DNA of 53,238 nucleotides from Rhizaria sp. SCN 62-66 (lineage: Eukaryota), in the NCBI GenBank assembly GCA_001724265.1, contig MEDY01000263.1, forward strand, positions 1 through 53,238. Reading direction: 5' to 3'. Below the pieces are notes generated by a model, which had not been told where the DNA came from, ran no database searches, and worked only from the letters and a program-made list of their open reading frames with translations. Shown piece after piece: positions 1 through 10,359 of the stretch; position 1 is the first letter of the stretch; every line of letters begins with the position of its first letter. Position numbers and translations under genes: made by a program.

Positions 1-489
1 CTGCACACTGGCAGTCGCGGTGGCGCGGGCAACAGTCGCGGTGTCGGCGGGAGTCGCAGTCTCGGCCACGGCGAGGGTGTGCTGGGCCGTATGGCGAGTC
101 ACGAGAGCGGCGGCGCGACTGACAGCAGCAGCAACAGCTCTGATAGCAGCTCTGAAGACGACGAGGAGCGCGGCCGCGCTCCTGTTGCATCTGTCGCCGC
201 CACCGCCCCTGCTGCGCCTGTGTCAGCACCAGCGGTGACCGTTGGCGGATCTGCGCAGTTGGGTGACGTTGCGCTTGAGGGCGCGGCGGCGACTGCGTTG
301 TACGATGCTGTGGAGGCCGCGATATTGCGCGGTGATGATGAGCTGCTGATGTCGCGACCGGGGGGCCGGCCGCCGCAGGGGCTGCCGCGGCCGCAGGGGC
401 TGGTGCGCGGCGGGCCCGGCGCCGCTGCGGGGGGACTGGTAGCGATCGGAGCGGCGGCGGAGAGGCCGCAGCGCAGGCCGCAACACTGA
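1..489 (+). CDS. 3' end of an unknown low-complexity protein (5' truncated by window edge)
   Basis: Frame 1 is open from base 1 to TGA at 487-489. GC-rich coding-like sequence (SSSEDDEE, Ala-rich) drops abruptly to an AT-rich spacer after the stop. Confidence 0.7.
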   Translation: MHTGSRGGAGNSRGVGGSRSLGHGEGVLGRMASHESGGATDSSSNSSDSSSEDDEERGRAPVASVAATAPAAPVSAPAVTVGGSAQLGDVALEGAAATALYDAVEAAILRGDDELLMSRPGGRPPQGLPRPQGLVRGGPGAAAGGLVAIGAAAERPQRRPQH

Positions 490-820
490 GTGCGAGAACT
501 CGCGCCTTATCGTAAGTGTTGCGACGCCACCACTTAAGAAAGCACCATAATGCAGTGTGACTGCACGAAATGACTACTCTTGATTATTAAAAGTTATATA
601 GTTTTGATCCTGATGGAATACAAGTCCTACTATTGTATTAACAAAGAAAAAAATCAGAAGTAAAATGTTGTTTCAACTCGGTAACAACACTACGTTGACA
701 TGACACGTATAAAGAAAGAAACAAAGAAACTCTCACACGAACAGAGACACTGAACTCAAAAATATTTTTAACTAAACAGCACAGTCACGACACACACTCA
801 TTCACTTGCATTCAGCGCAT

Positions 821-2862
821 TTACTTCTTAACGATCTTGGAGCCGAGGTAGATACGCTTGAGCAGCGCGGTGTGCTTCCATGGATGCTGCTTACCCTGGG
901 ACACGGTGTAGACGTCCTTAGCAACATGGAAGATAATCTCCTCGATATGCATGTCAGTACGCGGAAAATACTTCATAAGCGAGTTTGTGAACATACCGTT
1001 GTCCTTGTTCTCATCAGACCCGTCGCCGGCCGTGAAGCCGGGCGCCGCCGAGAGAACGACCATCGACGAACCGGTTGGGTATAACGCGGCGAGCCCCGTC
1101 TTGGCCGGGGCCGCGGCGGCACCGCCGGCGCCGGAGCCGCGGCCGCGCTGCTTGAGCTTCGGCGGCGGCTTGAACGGGTTGTTGCGGCACGCATCAAGGA
1201 TGATGATGTTGGTGTTGCAGTGGTCCTCCATCGACTGGAGCACGAACTGAGACGACATGTAGCCCGAGAGCGCGTCCTCGGTGGCGTCCTTGGCGGTGAA
1301 GCCGTCGGCCGAGAGTTCAGCCGAGGTGAAATTACCGTGCATGAGGTAGTTCGACCCCTTGATCTCAATCGCGTGGCCCGCAAAGAAGAAGAACGCGACA
1401 CAGCCGTCGTCGATCTTCTCACGCGCCTTCAGCCTCTCAACGAACTTGGCGACGACAGCGGCGAACTCGTCGTACGTCATCACGTCGAGCGCAGTTACGA
1501 CGTTAAACCCCAGCGCCTTGAGCTCGCGCGTCATCGCCTGTGCGTCGTTGTACGGGTTCTTGAGCGTCGCACCGGGCTGGATGTACTTGGAGTTTCCCAC
1601 CACAAGCGCCTCCTTGGCCGTGATCTGCATCACATCCGCGGCATCCACAGCGCCACCGGGGGCAGCGCCGTTCTCACGCGTGTACATGTCCAAGAACGCC
1701 TCCGAGGTCAGGTCAAACCCGGCGAGCACGGCGGCGTGCTGTGCGTCGGTCACGCCGAGGTCCTTGCGCGCTTTCCGCAGCAATTCCTGCTCTTTGGAGG
1801 AGATTTCGCCGTCAAACAACGCCATCGCGAGGAACTCCTTATACTTGGCCAGCGCAGCGGCGTCGGCGCCGCGCTCTTCCTTGCGAGGGGCTGTGAGCGT
1901 GATGCAGGAGGCTTTGCCGCCGCCGGAGCCGCAGTCGCAGTAAAAGTCCTGCACTCCAACGAATTCCTTGCGGTGCGATTTGTGGTTGCACGCCTGGCAC
2001 GTCTCGCAGACGCCGAAGTCGCCGCCGGCCGCGGCGGAGCATTCGACGCACTTCCACCACTTCTGCTTGTGGAAGTTGGCGCCCGTGGCCGTGAAGGTGC
2101 ACATCCCGTCCTTAACGGCGCGCGCGATAGCGGCGGGCATGTCCTTGGGCCCCGTGAGCGAGCCGGCGCGGGAGCCGCCTTCGAACATGTCATCGTGGTC
2201 GTGGCCCGCCTCCGCAGCCGTGGCGGGGGCGGCGGCGGCGGACGTGTCGTCGATGGTGATGCCGGCGAGCGTGCGCGCAAGAGCGAGGTCGGGGATCGCG
2301 CCACCGCGCGCGGCGTCCTCGGCAGAGCGGCCCTTCTGGTCGCGGATTCCGACACCGGCACCCGCGGCAATGAGCGCGTCGACGATCTCGGCGTTGCGCT
2401 TCTCGGCCGCGGCAATAAGCGCGGTCTGCCCGTCGGAAGCCTGCTGGTCGACATCGGCGCGCGCGGCGAGGAGAATCTCCAGCGCGGGGAGGTTGTTGCG
2501 CTGCGAGGCGACAAGCAAAGGGAAATCACCCAGGTCGTCGGTCGCGGACAGGTCGGCGCCCGCGGCGATCACGGCGGACATGTAACGCTCGCGCTTAAGG
2601 ATGTAGGCCGTCGCCATCAGCGCGGTCCACTTGTCCAGGTCGGAGATGACGTTAGGTGTGGGCGCCACTGCGAGCTGCGCTGCGAACGTGTCGAAGTCAT
2701 CGCAGTCCAGCGCGTCGAAGAACTGAGAAGGGGATAAACGCGAGTGATTTCAAAAACGCAAGAGTGTGTGAGTACTGGGTAGGCATGAAGTAAGAGTGCG
2801 CGCAGACAAAGGGCTGACAGGAGAAAGAGACGTACCGCTCCGTTGTTGAAAGACGGAGGCAT
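821..2862 (-). CDS. Ankyrin repeats + UBR-type zinc finger + TerB-like helical domain + Peptidase C14 caspase/paracaspase-like protease; exons 2862-2836 and 2722-821
   Basis: Ankyrin motifs (GDFPLLVAS, GQTALIAAAE). UBR-box pattern CTF..TG..F..Q.WW.C..C...GVC..C..C.H..H...FYCDCG. Helical segment ALFDGEISSKEQELLRKARKDLGV. Caspase motifs ALVVGNSKY, LKNPYNDA, FFFAGHA (His), ILDACRNNPF (Cys), SAAPG..A.DG, GKQHPW. ATG 2862 splices in phase 0 to the long ORF. Ends TAA. Confidence 0.9.
2723..2835 (-). other. Spliceosomal intron (113 nt, phase 0) of the caspase-like gene
   Basis: GCG|GTACGT donor and CTTCTCAG|TTC acceptor. The join gives MPPSFNNGA-FFDALDCDD in frame and replaces the GTG start in the ORF track. 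Confidence 0.85.
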
Positions 2863-3360
2863 GGTGCAACGAGAAACGGGAGAAACCGGAGCTTAACGCT
2901 TGGTTCTGTGTCGCCGGTGTAGGTTCGTACTAATCACGGAAGCGCTTAACTAAAAGGGGGAAATAGACAATAAGTCTTCTTCAAACGCAGAGAAGTGTCC
3001 ACTTGTCGTTTGACAGAGCCATCAGCGCCCTGCAGCAATGCACATTTGAACGAGCTCTGGGGGGCGAGGCTGGCTTGGCGGCTAACGCCCGAGGAGCGTT
3101 TCAAATGTGGCTGGTGATTCAAAGAGTCTGTTCTAGGTCATAAGTCCGTCATCGGTTAAATTCGTCCAGGTATGCTATTTAATAGACTTCTAGAAGTACT
3201 TTTCTCATTTGGAAATTTGATTATCTTTTCCTACCCCCCCACAATCCAGGCTCTCCTCAGGCTCGTTTCGCCCAACAACGACCACAGCAAACTTCACTTG
3301 TTTTCCTCTCTGACTGTCTCTAGAGTGCTTCGCAAGCGCTCTCTTTGGCCCCGCCCGGCA

Positions 3361-6300
3361 ATGAGTAACTTTAAGAGTCAGATGGTGACTCCCGCGCTGG
3401 ACCCGAACACTCAGACGCCCGCGATGGGCGTGAATAACTACGAAGACACCGTCCGCTTCAACTTCGGCTCCGTCCGCGGCCGCGTGATCCGCAACCCCAC
3501 AGCAGCGGCGGCCGAGATGGGCGCGCACTTCCCCGAGCCGCCCTGTGCCGACGCCACGCCCGAAGTCCGCTTGGGCGTGCTCAAAGAGCGCGAGCGCAGC
3601 TGGGGCAAGCCCAACACCGTCCGTTACCAGCAACTCCCTACTCGTGCCAGCACAGCCCGCGCCGAGCGCCCGGCCTCCGCCAGTTCCCGTCGTCCGTCCT
3701 TGTCATCGGGCTACGGCGACGAGGGCTACGGCTACGGCGACGCCGCGCGCGACGACGACCAGGAGGCCGCCCAACGTCTGCGCGAGTTAGAGCAGGAGGT
3801 CTCCGCTCTGAAGCTCGCACGCGCGGAGGCCGAGCACGCCGCCGCCGCCGCACGCATCTATTCCGCGCCCTCATCCTCATCCTCTGCCGCTGCGCTTAGT
3901 GCAGTGTGTCCGGACGTGCTCGCGCCCGAGCTGGCCGTCGCGACGCGGCTGGTGGGCTCACTTGACGCGTCGGCGTCGCCGCGCGCTCTGCAGGCAGCGC
4001 TGGACAGGCTAGCTGAGCTGCGCCGCGCCAACGCGGACACACTCGCGCGCACTGAGGCGCGCCTCTATGGGCCCCCGCAGCATGGCGGCGCTGGCGCTGC
4101 TGGTGCTGGTGCTTTCAGCCACGCACACGCGGCCTCTGTCGCGCCCACTGCGTCCTCTTCATCATACAGCTACGGTGGCTACGGCGACTCGCAGTCTGCC
4201 GGGAATCCCAGTCACGGGTACCCCATGAATGCCGACGAGCTCGCCGACCCGTCCGCGATGCGCACACAGTACCCCGAGGCCGCGCCCGCCGCTTTCACCC
4301 GGCGCCCCGGAGGCGCCGCGGCCGATGCGCGCGCCGCCCGCGCCGTCGCTGGCCCCGCGTCCGCCGAGCGCTGGCGCAAAGCCGTAACCGTGCCGCAGCC
4401 GTTTTCCTTTGCGGCGCGCGATGAGGGCGCGCGCGTGGCCACGGCGGCCGCGATCGACGCGCTGCGGCCTCCGTCGGCCGCACAGACCGCCGCGCCCGGG
4501 GCTGGCTCCTCGGCGGCGGCTGCGGCGGCGGTAGCGAATCCGGGGTCGTTCGCGCAGCAACTGCGCGGGGACACACACCGCGGCGGCGGCGGTGCACAGC
4601 GCCACAACACCACCGCCGCTGCAATGGGCCGCGAGCAGAAAGAGCAGGAGCAGCACGACGATGACAACGACGAACCGGACGAGGGCAGCCACGGCGGCCA
4701 CGGTGGCTTCGGCAGCGGCTCCCGTGGTGTCACGCTCACTCGCCCTACAACGGCTCCAGCAAAGCCCTCTCCCGCCTCCGCCTCCGCTGCTGCTCCTGCG
4801 TCCTCCGCAACTGCGACTGAGAGCGAGGACGAGGACGAAGGCATTGTTTCCGCCGCCGCCGCAACCGCCGCCGCGCTGGCCGCCGCGGGTGACTCTTCCC
4901 TTCCCATTGCCAAACGCCGCTTTCTCGCCGACCTTGCCGCACGCAAGGCCGCCGAGGAATCCCAGCTGCGCGCCCGCTTCCGCGCCCGCGCCGTGCCCGC
5001 CGCGGTCCGCGAGCCCCGTTTGGCGGCACTCGAAGCCCGCCGCGCCGAGGCCGCTGCGGCGCGCACTGCGGCGTTCCGCGAGGAGCTCGCTGCGAGCATG
5101 AAGCCGTTCGCGTTCGACGAGCGCGACGCGGCGGCGGCGGCGGAGAAGGCGGCGCGGGAGGGCAAACAACAGCAGCCGCGGCGACCGCAGTCTGCGACGC
5201 CGCCTGTGCGCGCGTTCGGCTCCTCTACTGCGCGGCTGGGCGGCCCGCCTGTGGTGATGGGCGCGCCAGTGTGGGCGCACAGCAACGGCGGCGATGACGC
5301 GAAAGATAAGGATGACAAGGACAAAGAGGAGAAGAAGCGCCCACTGGGTGCGATCCCGTGGGCGTCGCGCGTTGAGCTGCTCGGGGCCAAGACCGCGGCG
5401 GACGAAGCAGAACGCCGTGCGCGCATTAAAGAGCGCGCGCAGTCGTTGTTGGAGCAGGCCGCGCTGCCGGAGCGCATGGCCGCTGATGCCGCGCGCGCCA
5501 AGTCCCGCAAGGCACTCGCCGACGCCGAGGCCGCTGTCGTGCGCGCCGCCTCCGGGGGCGGGGAGACCGGGCTCGGCGGTGACGGCAGTCAAGGCGGTTT
5601 CTCGCAGTCGCGCGGTGTGTCACTGCTTGCCCCCGCCGGCGCCGGCGCCGCTATGGACGGCGCTGTGGCGGATGCGGTGATGGACAGCTCATCGAGCAGC
5701 GGTTCGCGGTTGCGACGTGGTCGGCGGCAGCCGTTTGACTGGGACGCTGATCTGACGTTCAAGCCCCGCGTGCGGTCCTCAGTGCCGGACTACAACGCCC
5801 TCAAGGGCAAGTTCGACGCCGAGCTGGAGGCACGGCGGCAGGACTTGCGCCCGACGCGGCCTGTCGCTTTCTCGTTCGAGGCCCGCGAGGCGGCCGCCGC
5901 GGCTGTGGCGGCTGCTCGGGAGGAAGAGGCCGCGAAACAGCGCGCCGCGGCGGCTGCAGCGGAGCGGGAGGCCGCCAAGACGCGCCCCGTGCGCGTGGCG
6001 CCCGGAAAGGGCGCGGTGAAGCCATATCAGAGCGACCCGGCCGTGGTGCGCGCGATCGAGGAGCGCCGCTCGCGCGCCGCCGAGGCAGCGCGAGAGCGTG
6101 AAGAAGAAGCAGCGGCGGCGGCGCGGATCAAGACGGCTGAAGCGCGGCGCAAGCTTGCAGGGTACTTTGCGCGACAGGGCGTGGACCCGCGGACGGGGAA
6201 GCGCGTCGACGAGGCCGCTGCGGAGGCCGCGGTGGCTGAGGGGGACGCGCAGGCCGCCGAGGGCGACGGCGAGGGGGAGCATGGAACGCGCGGGATCACG

Positions 6301-6627
6301 ATCACGCGGCCCGGCAGTGCGCCTGCAACTGCAGCCGCGGCTGCGGGCAAGGCAAAGAAGGCTGAGGCTGATGACCCGGTGGCGAGCGCGATGCGCGCGA
6401 GCGCGGCTGCGTGGCGCGAGCAACGGCGCGCGATGAAAGCCCGTGTGGCGCAGAGGCCGCTGCTGGTCGAGAGCGACTGTGACGACACGAAGCGGCTCGA
6501 GCGGCGCCGTCGTGCGCTGCTGTCCGTCAAGGACAGTCTGGACCGGCAGGGACTAACGAACTATGACCGCTGGTTTGACCGCGAGGAGCTCATCCTACTC
6601 GGACTCGCCGATGCCTTCAGTGTCTAA
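3361..6627 (+). CDS. FAM161: FAM161-family (UPF0564) centriolar/ciliary microtubule-binding protein
   Basis: Motifs VTVPQPFSF, RFRARAVPAAVREPRL, LAASMKPFAF, ERRARIKERAQSLLEQAALPERM, TFKPRVRSSVPDY, PTRPVAFSF, RVAQRPLLVE. ATG 3361 is preferred because the ORF extension from 3172 looks intronic or UTR-like. Ends TAA. Confidence 0.8.
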   Translation: MSNFKSQMVTPALDPNTQTPAMGVNNYEDTVRFNFGSVRGRVIRNPTAAAAEMGAHFPEPPCADATPEVRLGVLKERERSWGKPNTVRYQQLPTRASTARAERPASASSRRPSLSSGYGDEGYGYGDAARDDDQEAAQRLRELEQEVSALKLARAEAEHAAAAARIYSAPSSSSSAAALSAVCPDVLAPELAVATRLVGSLDASASPRALQAALDRLAELRRANADTLARTEARLYGPPQHGGAGAAGAGAFSHAHAASVAPTASSSSYSYGGYGDSQSAGNPSHGYPMNADELADPSAMRTQYPEAAPAAFTRRPGGAAADARAARAVAGPASAERWRKAVTVPQPFSFAARDEGARVATAAAIDALRPPSAAQTAAPGAGSSAAAAAAVANPGSFAQQLRGDTHRGGGGAQRHNTTAAAMGREQKEQEQHDDDNDEPDEGSHGGHGGFGSGSRGVTLTRPTTAPAKPSPASASAAAPASSATATESEDEDEGIVSAAAATAAALAAAGDSSLPIAKRRFLADLAARKAAEESQLRARFRARAVPAAVREPRLAALEARRAEAAAARTAAFREELAASMKPFAFDERDAAAAAEKAAREGKQQQPRRPQSATPPVRAFGSSTARLGGPPVVMGAPVWAHSNGGDDAKDKDDKDKEEKKRPLGAIPWASRVELLGAKTAADEAERRARIKERAQSLLEQAALPERMAADAARAKSRKALADAEAAVVRAASGGGETGLGGDGSQGGFSQSRGVSLLAPAGAGAAMDGAVADAVMDSSSSSGSRLRRGRRQPFDWDADLTFKPRVRSSVPDYNALKGKFDAELEARRQDLRPTRPVAFSFEAREAAAAAVAAAREEEAAKQRAAAAAAEREAAKTRPVRVAPGKGAVKPYQSDPAVVRAIEERRSRAAEAAREREEEAAAAARIKTAEARRKLAGYFARQGVDPRTGKRVDEAAAEAAVAEGDAQAAEGDGEGEHGTRGITITRPGSAPATAAAAAGKAKKAEADDPVASAMRASAAAWREQRRAMKARVAQRPLLVESDCDDTKRLERRRRALLSVKDSLDRQGLTNYDRWFDREELILLGLADAFSV

Positions 6628-7260
6628 GCCAACGACGCTGTGTGGGTATATTTTGAATAATGTCAGTTTTTTGAGAAGAATAAAATACTTTTTTTCGTGA
6701 ATCTAATCATTCTAATATATTTGTAATATGTTTTTATTGAAGGATTCTCATAATTTGAAACATTTTTTTCAGCTTTAGCTCTTTTCTCAATGTCCATTTC
6801 GATCGAATGTGAAAAATGTCGATCGCCTGAAGTTGATGTCAGCTTTTTAAGGAATTGAAAATTGTATTTTCATCGTCACTCCGATTTTATTGGGGAGGAT
6901 CTTTCAAAATCATTGCGAGACACTGTAACATGTGTTGTCGATGTCACAACACTTGTACAATGTCGCAGTACTTCACGAACCTCTAGAGTTCGAGTCAAAA
7001 TCACTGAGTTGCTTTTGCACAAGTTCACAGATATCACATTTTAAACTCATCATTTGTCATATTGCCACATATTTGGGGTGATAAAAGTTTGTTATACCAC
7101 GGTTTCAGCGCCAACTAGTGATCAAAGCTGAAAGTAAGTCATTAGTTACACGTTACAAGTGTTCGGGTCGTGAAAGATCACACCATATTTCCCACATTGC
7201 TTTGCGCCGTACATGTGTTCACATCATACATAAACTCACGTTCAAACAAGAGTGGTCAAA

Positions 7261-9969
7261 TCACATAGGCCGAAAGGATTGGTGCACAACCGACACTTTT
7301 GTGGTTTGAGCACCAATGTTGCATTTCTTCTCACAACGCGCTTCAAAGCACTGCAGCAGCGCGGAATTAAAGGGCTCATCGCCGCTGTCGTGATTTGCAG
7401 GCACACTACCTTCCACACAGGACATCACACGTCCAACAGGTACAGCGCCGCGAAGCAGGCTCACAGGGCACGGCTTATACGTGATAAACCACAGCAAACC
7501 ACCAGCACCCACGAGATTATCAGACCAGCGAGGTGTGTACGTGCCGGGAAACATCAAAACAGTGCCAACAGGATAATGTTCTGCAGTACCAGCACCTGAA
7601 GTTGGCGTGGTGTTCTCGCCGTAGACGATGTTGCTCTCAGGAAGTGACACTGGTGTACTTGCACAGGAGGCTCCAGATCCTTGGTATTTTCCAGCCCACA
7701 AGGTGACAAACGGCAGTGATGCTGGTCTGCTCAAACCCGGCGGCACAAAGCACGTGTGGAGTTCGCTTCCAAGAACCTTGCTTTTCGCAGCAAGACGGAA
7801 GTGCGCCGAATTGCAAGGAAACACATTATCTTGAAGCCGAATGCCGAGAGAATAACTTACTACTTGCGGCCCAGTCGTGACAACACCCAGCTGAAAAACA
7901 ACATCAGACGCGCTGGTCCCAATATGCTCAGCTTGTTCCCGAGCGTTCAAAAGAACGCACTCACGTGCCCTCGCCTGCAAGAGAGACAACGCAGCTGCCG
8001 ACGGCGGGCCGTTTTCCCGTGTAGCCGCAGGAACCGGTCGACACACGTGGCGATGATCATAGCGCGCAATAGGTCGCGGACAGCCGCTCTCTTCCAGAGC
8101 ACACGCAATATGCGCGTCAAACGCCTTCTGCCAATCGTTGTGAGGCTGTGCAAACGTGCGAACATCTCTCACAGTCGTCAAGTGCAGCTCTTCAGTCGCG
8201 GCAGTATCAGGTGCAAGAACACCCATGCCTGCAAGAAGAGCGCGCAACTGCCCCAGCTCTTGTTGCGAGTCAGCACCAGCGATTTCCTGCAGGCAGTCGT
8301 CATAGCGCAGAAGCTCGAGTGCTTGCAGCCCGCGATTGGTAATAAGCTCCGTAACGAAGGGGTTTTCCGACCCAACACGACTGACGCTGCTTATCATCTT
8401 GCGCAGCACACGCAGAAGCAACCCCGGCTGATCTGCACCCGATGGCAGGGCATCGATTCGTCTCTCGTGCTCACGGTTTGCCAGCACAAAGTACGTCAGA
8501 AGTGTGCAGCAAGTCTTCATTGCACCGCACTCAAGCAGGCGCTCTGCCACATGCGGCAAGTCTGCAGTTAAGCTCAAAATGCTGTCAAGCAAGAAAGCCA
8601 CGTTGCGTTGTAGCTGGAAAATACCAAACAGTGACTTGTAAATGCACACATCTTCACAGCTGGAAAGTATCTTCGTGAAAGCATTGGCATGAATGAACCG
8701 GTGCGCAAACCCAGGAATACGGACTACCAACGTCGTAAGTATGCCAAAAAACCACTTCGTAGCTACACTAGAGCTCAAGTCGCCATGCAGCTCAATTTGA
8801 GCCAAAATGTGGTCCACGCGTCGGTCCGTAAAAGCGCAAGCAAACGCGTCATCGTCGAGGATGCCAAGGAACTTTTGCAGCCTGAACTGATGACGCTCCT
8901 TTTCAAGGTTCAGCAATGGCTCGAAGTCCTCACTCGCCACAAAGTGCGCAATGTCCCCACGACGTTGCATGGCGACTGCATCGTCAACAGCGCCGTCATT
9001 GTTGACGCTATCCTCGCCACAACAGAACAGTTCGATCAGTAGAGGGTAGACGGCAGTGTAGACTTCAGCGTTGCAACATGGTCCTCTCGGCGAGTGACGC
9101 TGCATGATAGTGTACAATAGCGGAAGAAACTCAGCTACCGCGGCATACGAAAGCCGCGGCACGGCCACAGAGTCGACGGTGCGACTTGAATACATTGCGG
9201 AGATAGCGCCGAACAACAAATTGTAGCGACGGATGTACTCCGACATAAACAGCCGTGGAGGCACTAGGTTCTGCAACTCGAGCACGCGCATATACAGCTG
9301 CAGATGCGACAATGCAGCGTACCGAGTGGGCGTAGCGAGGATTGACGAGGTGGCCATACCCGCTACAAGGGCGAGAATGGAAGTCTCGAGCTAGAGATGG
9401 CGGAGATGGGGGATACAAGCAGTAAGCTTGTCGACAGCACCGCTTTCAGCAAGCAGTTCAATGCCACCGGGAAAGCTAGCAACGGCTTTAATTACCCTGA
9501 TAATGCTCGGAAATCGATCCCTTGCATTGAGCTCGTCCGTGTCGCCGGTGAGCTTGAGGGACTGCAGAAGCAGCTGGACGATCCCGTTGTCACGGAGCAC
9601 GAGGACTGTAACTGACTTCGAGCTGGAGTTCAAGAGAAACATCAACTGAGAATCCAGTTCGTACAAGGCTGCGAGCTCTGTCGACAGACTGGTGGCAGCA
9701 CCCAACACGGTATGGAGGCGGGTGTAAGCATCATGGTTCTCCGGCACAGCAGACGCTAGGCGGAGCGGATTCTTATAAATACGTTTTGTTCTTGACACTA
9801 TTTGGCCCATTTGAGCGAGGTGAAAGCTTGTTGTGAGCGTCAGATAGAAGACTATAACACTCGTACGTATTGCTTCTAAGCAACAGCGATACTGCGGAAC
9901 TTCGATATCTCCACTGTGGGTTGGTAGCTGCGAGGATATGGTTGAGAGAAAGGAGAATTGCTGGTCTGC
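7261..9969 (-). CDS. Large helical-repeat (ARM/HEAT-like) protein with a divergent C-terminal cyclophilin-like domain; interrupted by one in-frame TAG at 9393-9391 (recoded, spliced out, or pseudogene)
   Basis: ORFs 9391..9810 and 7261..9357 share one frame, separated only by TAG plus 11 sense codons, and the frame stays open upstream to 9969. Leu-rich amphipathic segments (LLECGAMKTCCTLL, LAESGAVDKLTACI). C-terminal GIRLQDNVFPCNSAHFR and WFITYKPCP...VPVGRVM resemble cyclophilin elements. Start unresolved. Ends TGA. Confidence 0.55.
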
Positions 9970-10274
9970 TCAGCTTGGACTAATGGCATCATTTTACTGA
10001 GTATTTAGCAGTTCTAGAAAAAAAAGAATATTTCGACCAGATGGAAATATACATTTGAGTGGACACAAATGGCTCTCACACGTTTATTAACGATGTTTCT
10101 ATCGTGTATTCTGGTGCTTTTGATCAAGCTATGTTCCACCACATTCAGTTTGTACCAGCGGGAGCATTTCGAGGCTCGTATCAGATCTCAGTAATGTTAA
10201 CGTTGACAAATGGGATTGGAAACTGAACATTTATTAATACCCGTATTTTTGTTAGTAATCAGTTTTGAATGTAT

Positions 10275-10359
10275 CCACGTATCGCTTCACTGGTAAAGCG
10301 CCTGGGTCGGTCGTGGCTCAGTTTTGAGTTCGATCCCTTGCACGCACTTTTTTTTTTTT
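10275..10359 (+). ncRNA. tRNA-like / Pol III-type element (degenerate tRNA, tRNA-derived SINE or small ncRNA)
   Basis: D-arm-like CGCTT-CACTGGTA-AAGCG, hairpin CTGGGTC/GGCTCAG, B-box GAGTTCGATCC at 10326-10336, then a T12 run at 10348-10359. Acceptor and T stems pair poorly. Confidence 0.45.

Noticed and set aside
1220-2737. 505-aa + strand ORF and many similar long overlapping ORFs (4162..5592, 13364..14551, 30999..32183)
   Set aside because: Stop-poor shadows of GC-rich genes whose opposite strand carries recognisable domains.
3172-3360. N-terminal extension of the FAM161 ORF from ATG 3172
   Set aside because: That ATG lies in a donor-like AG|GTATGC and is followed by T-rich intron-like sequence; 3361 is the more plausible start.
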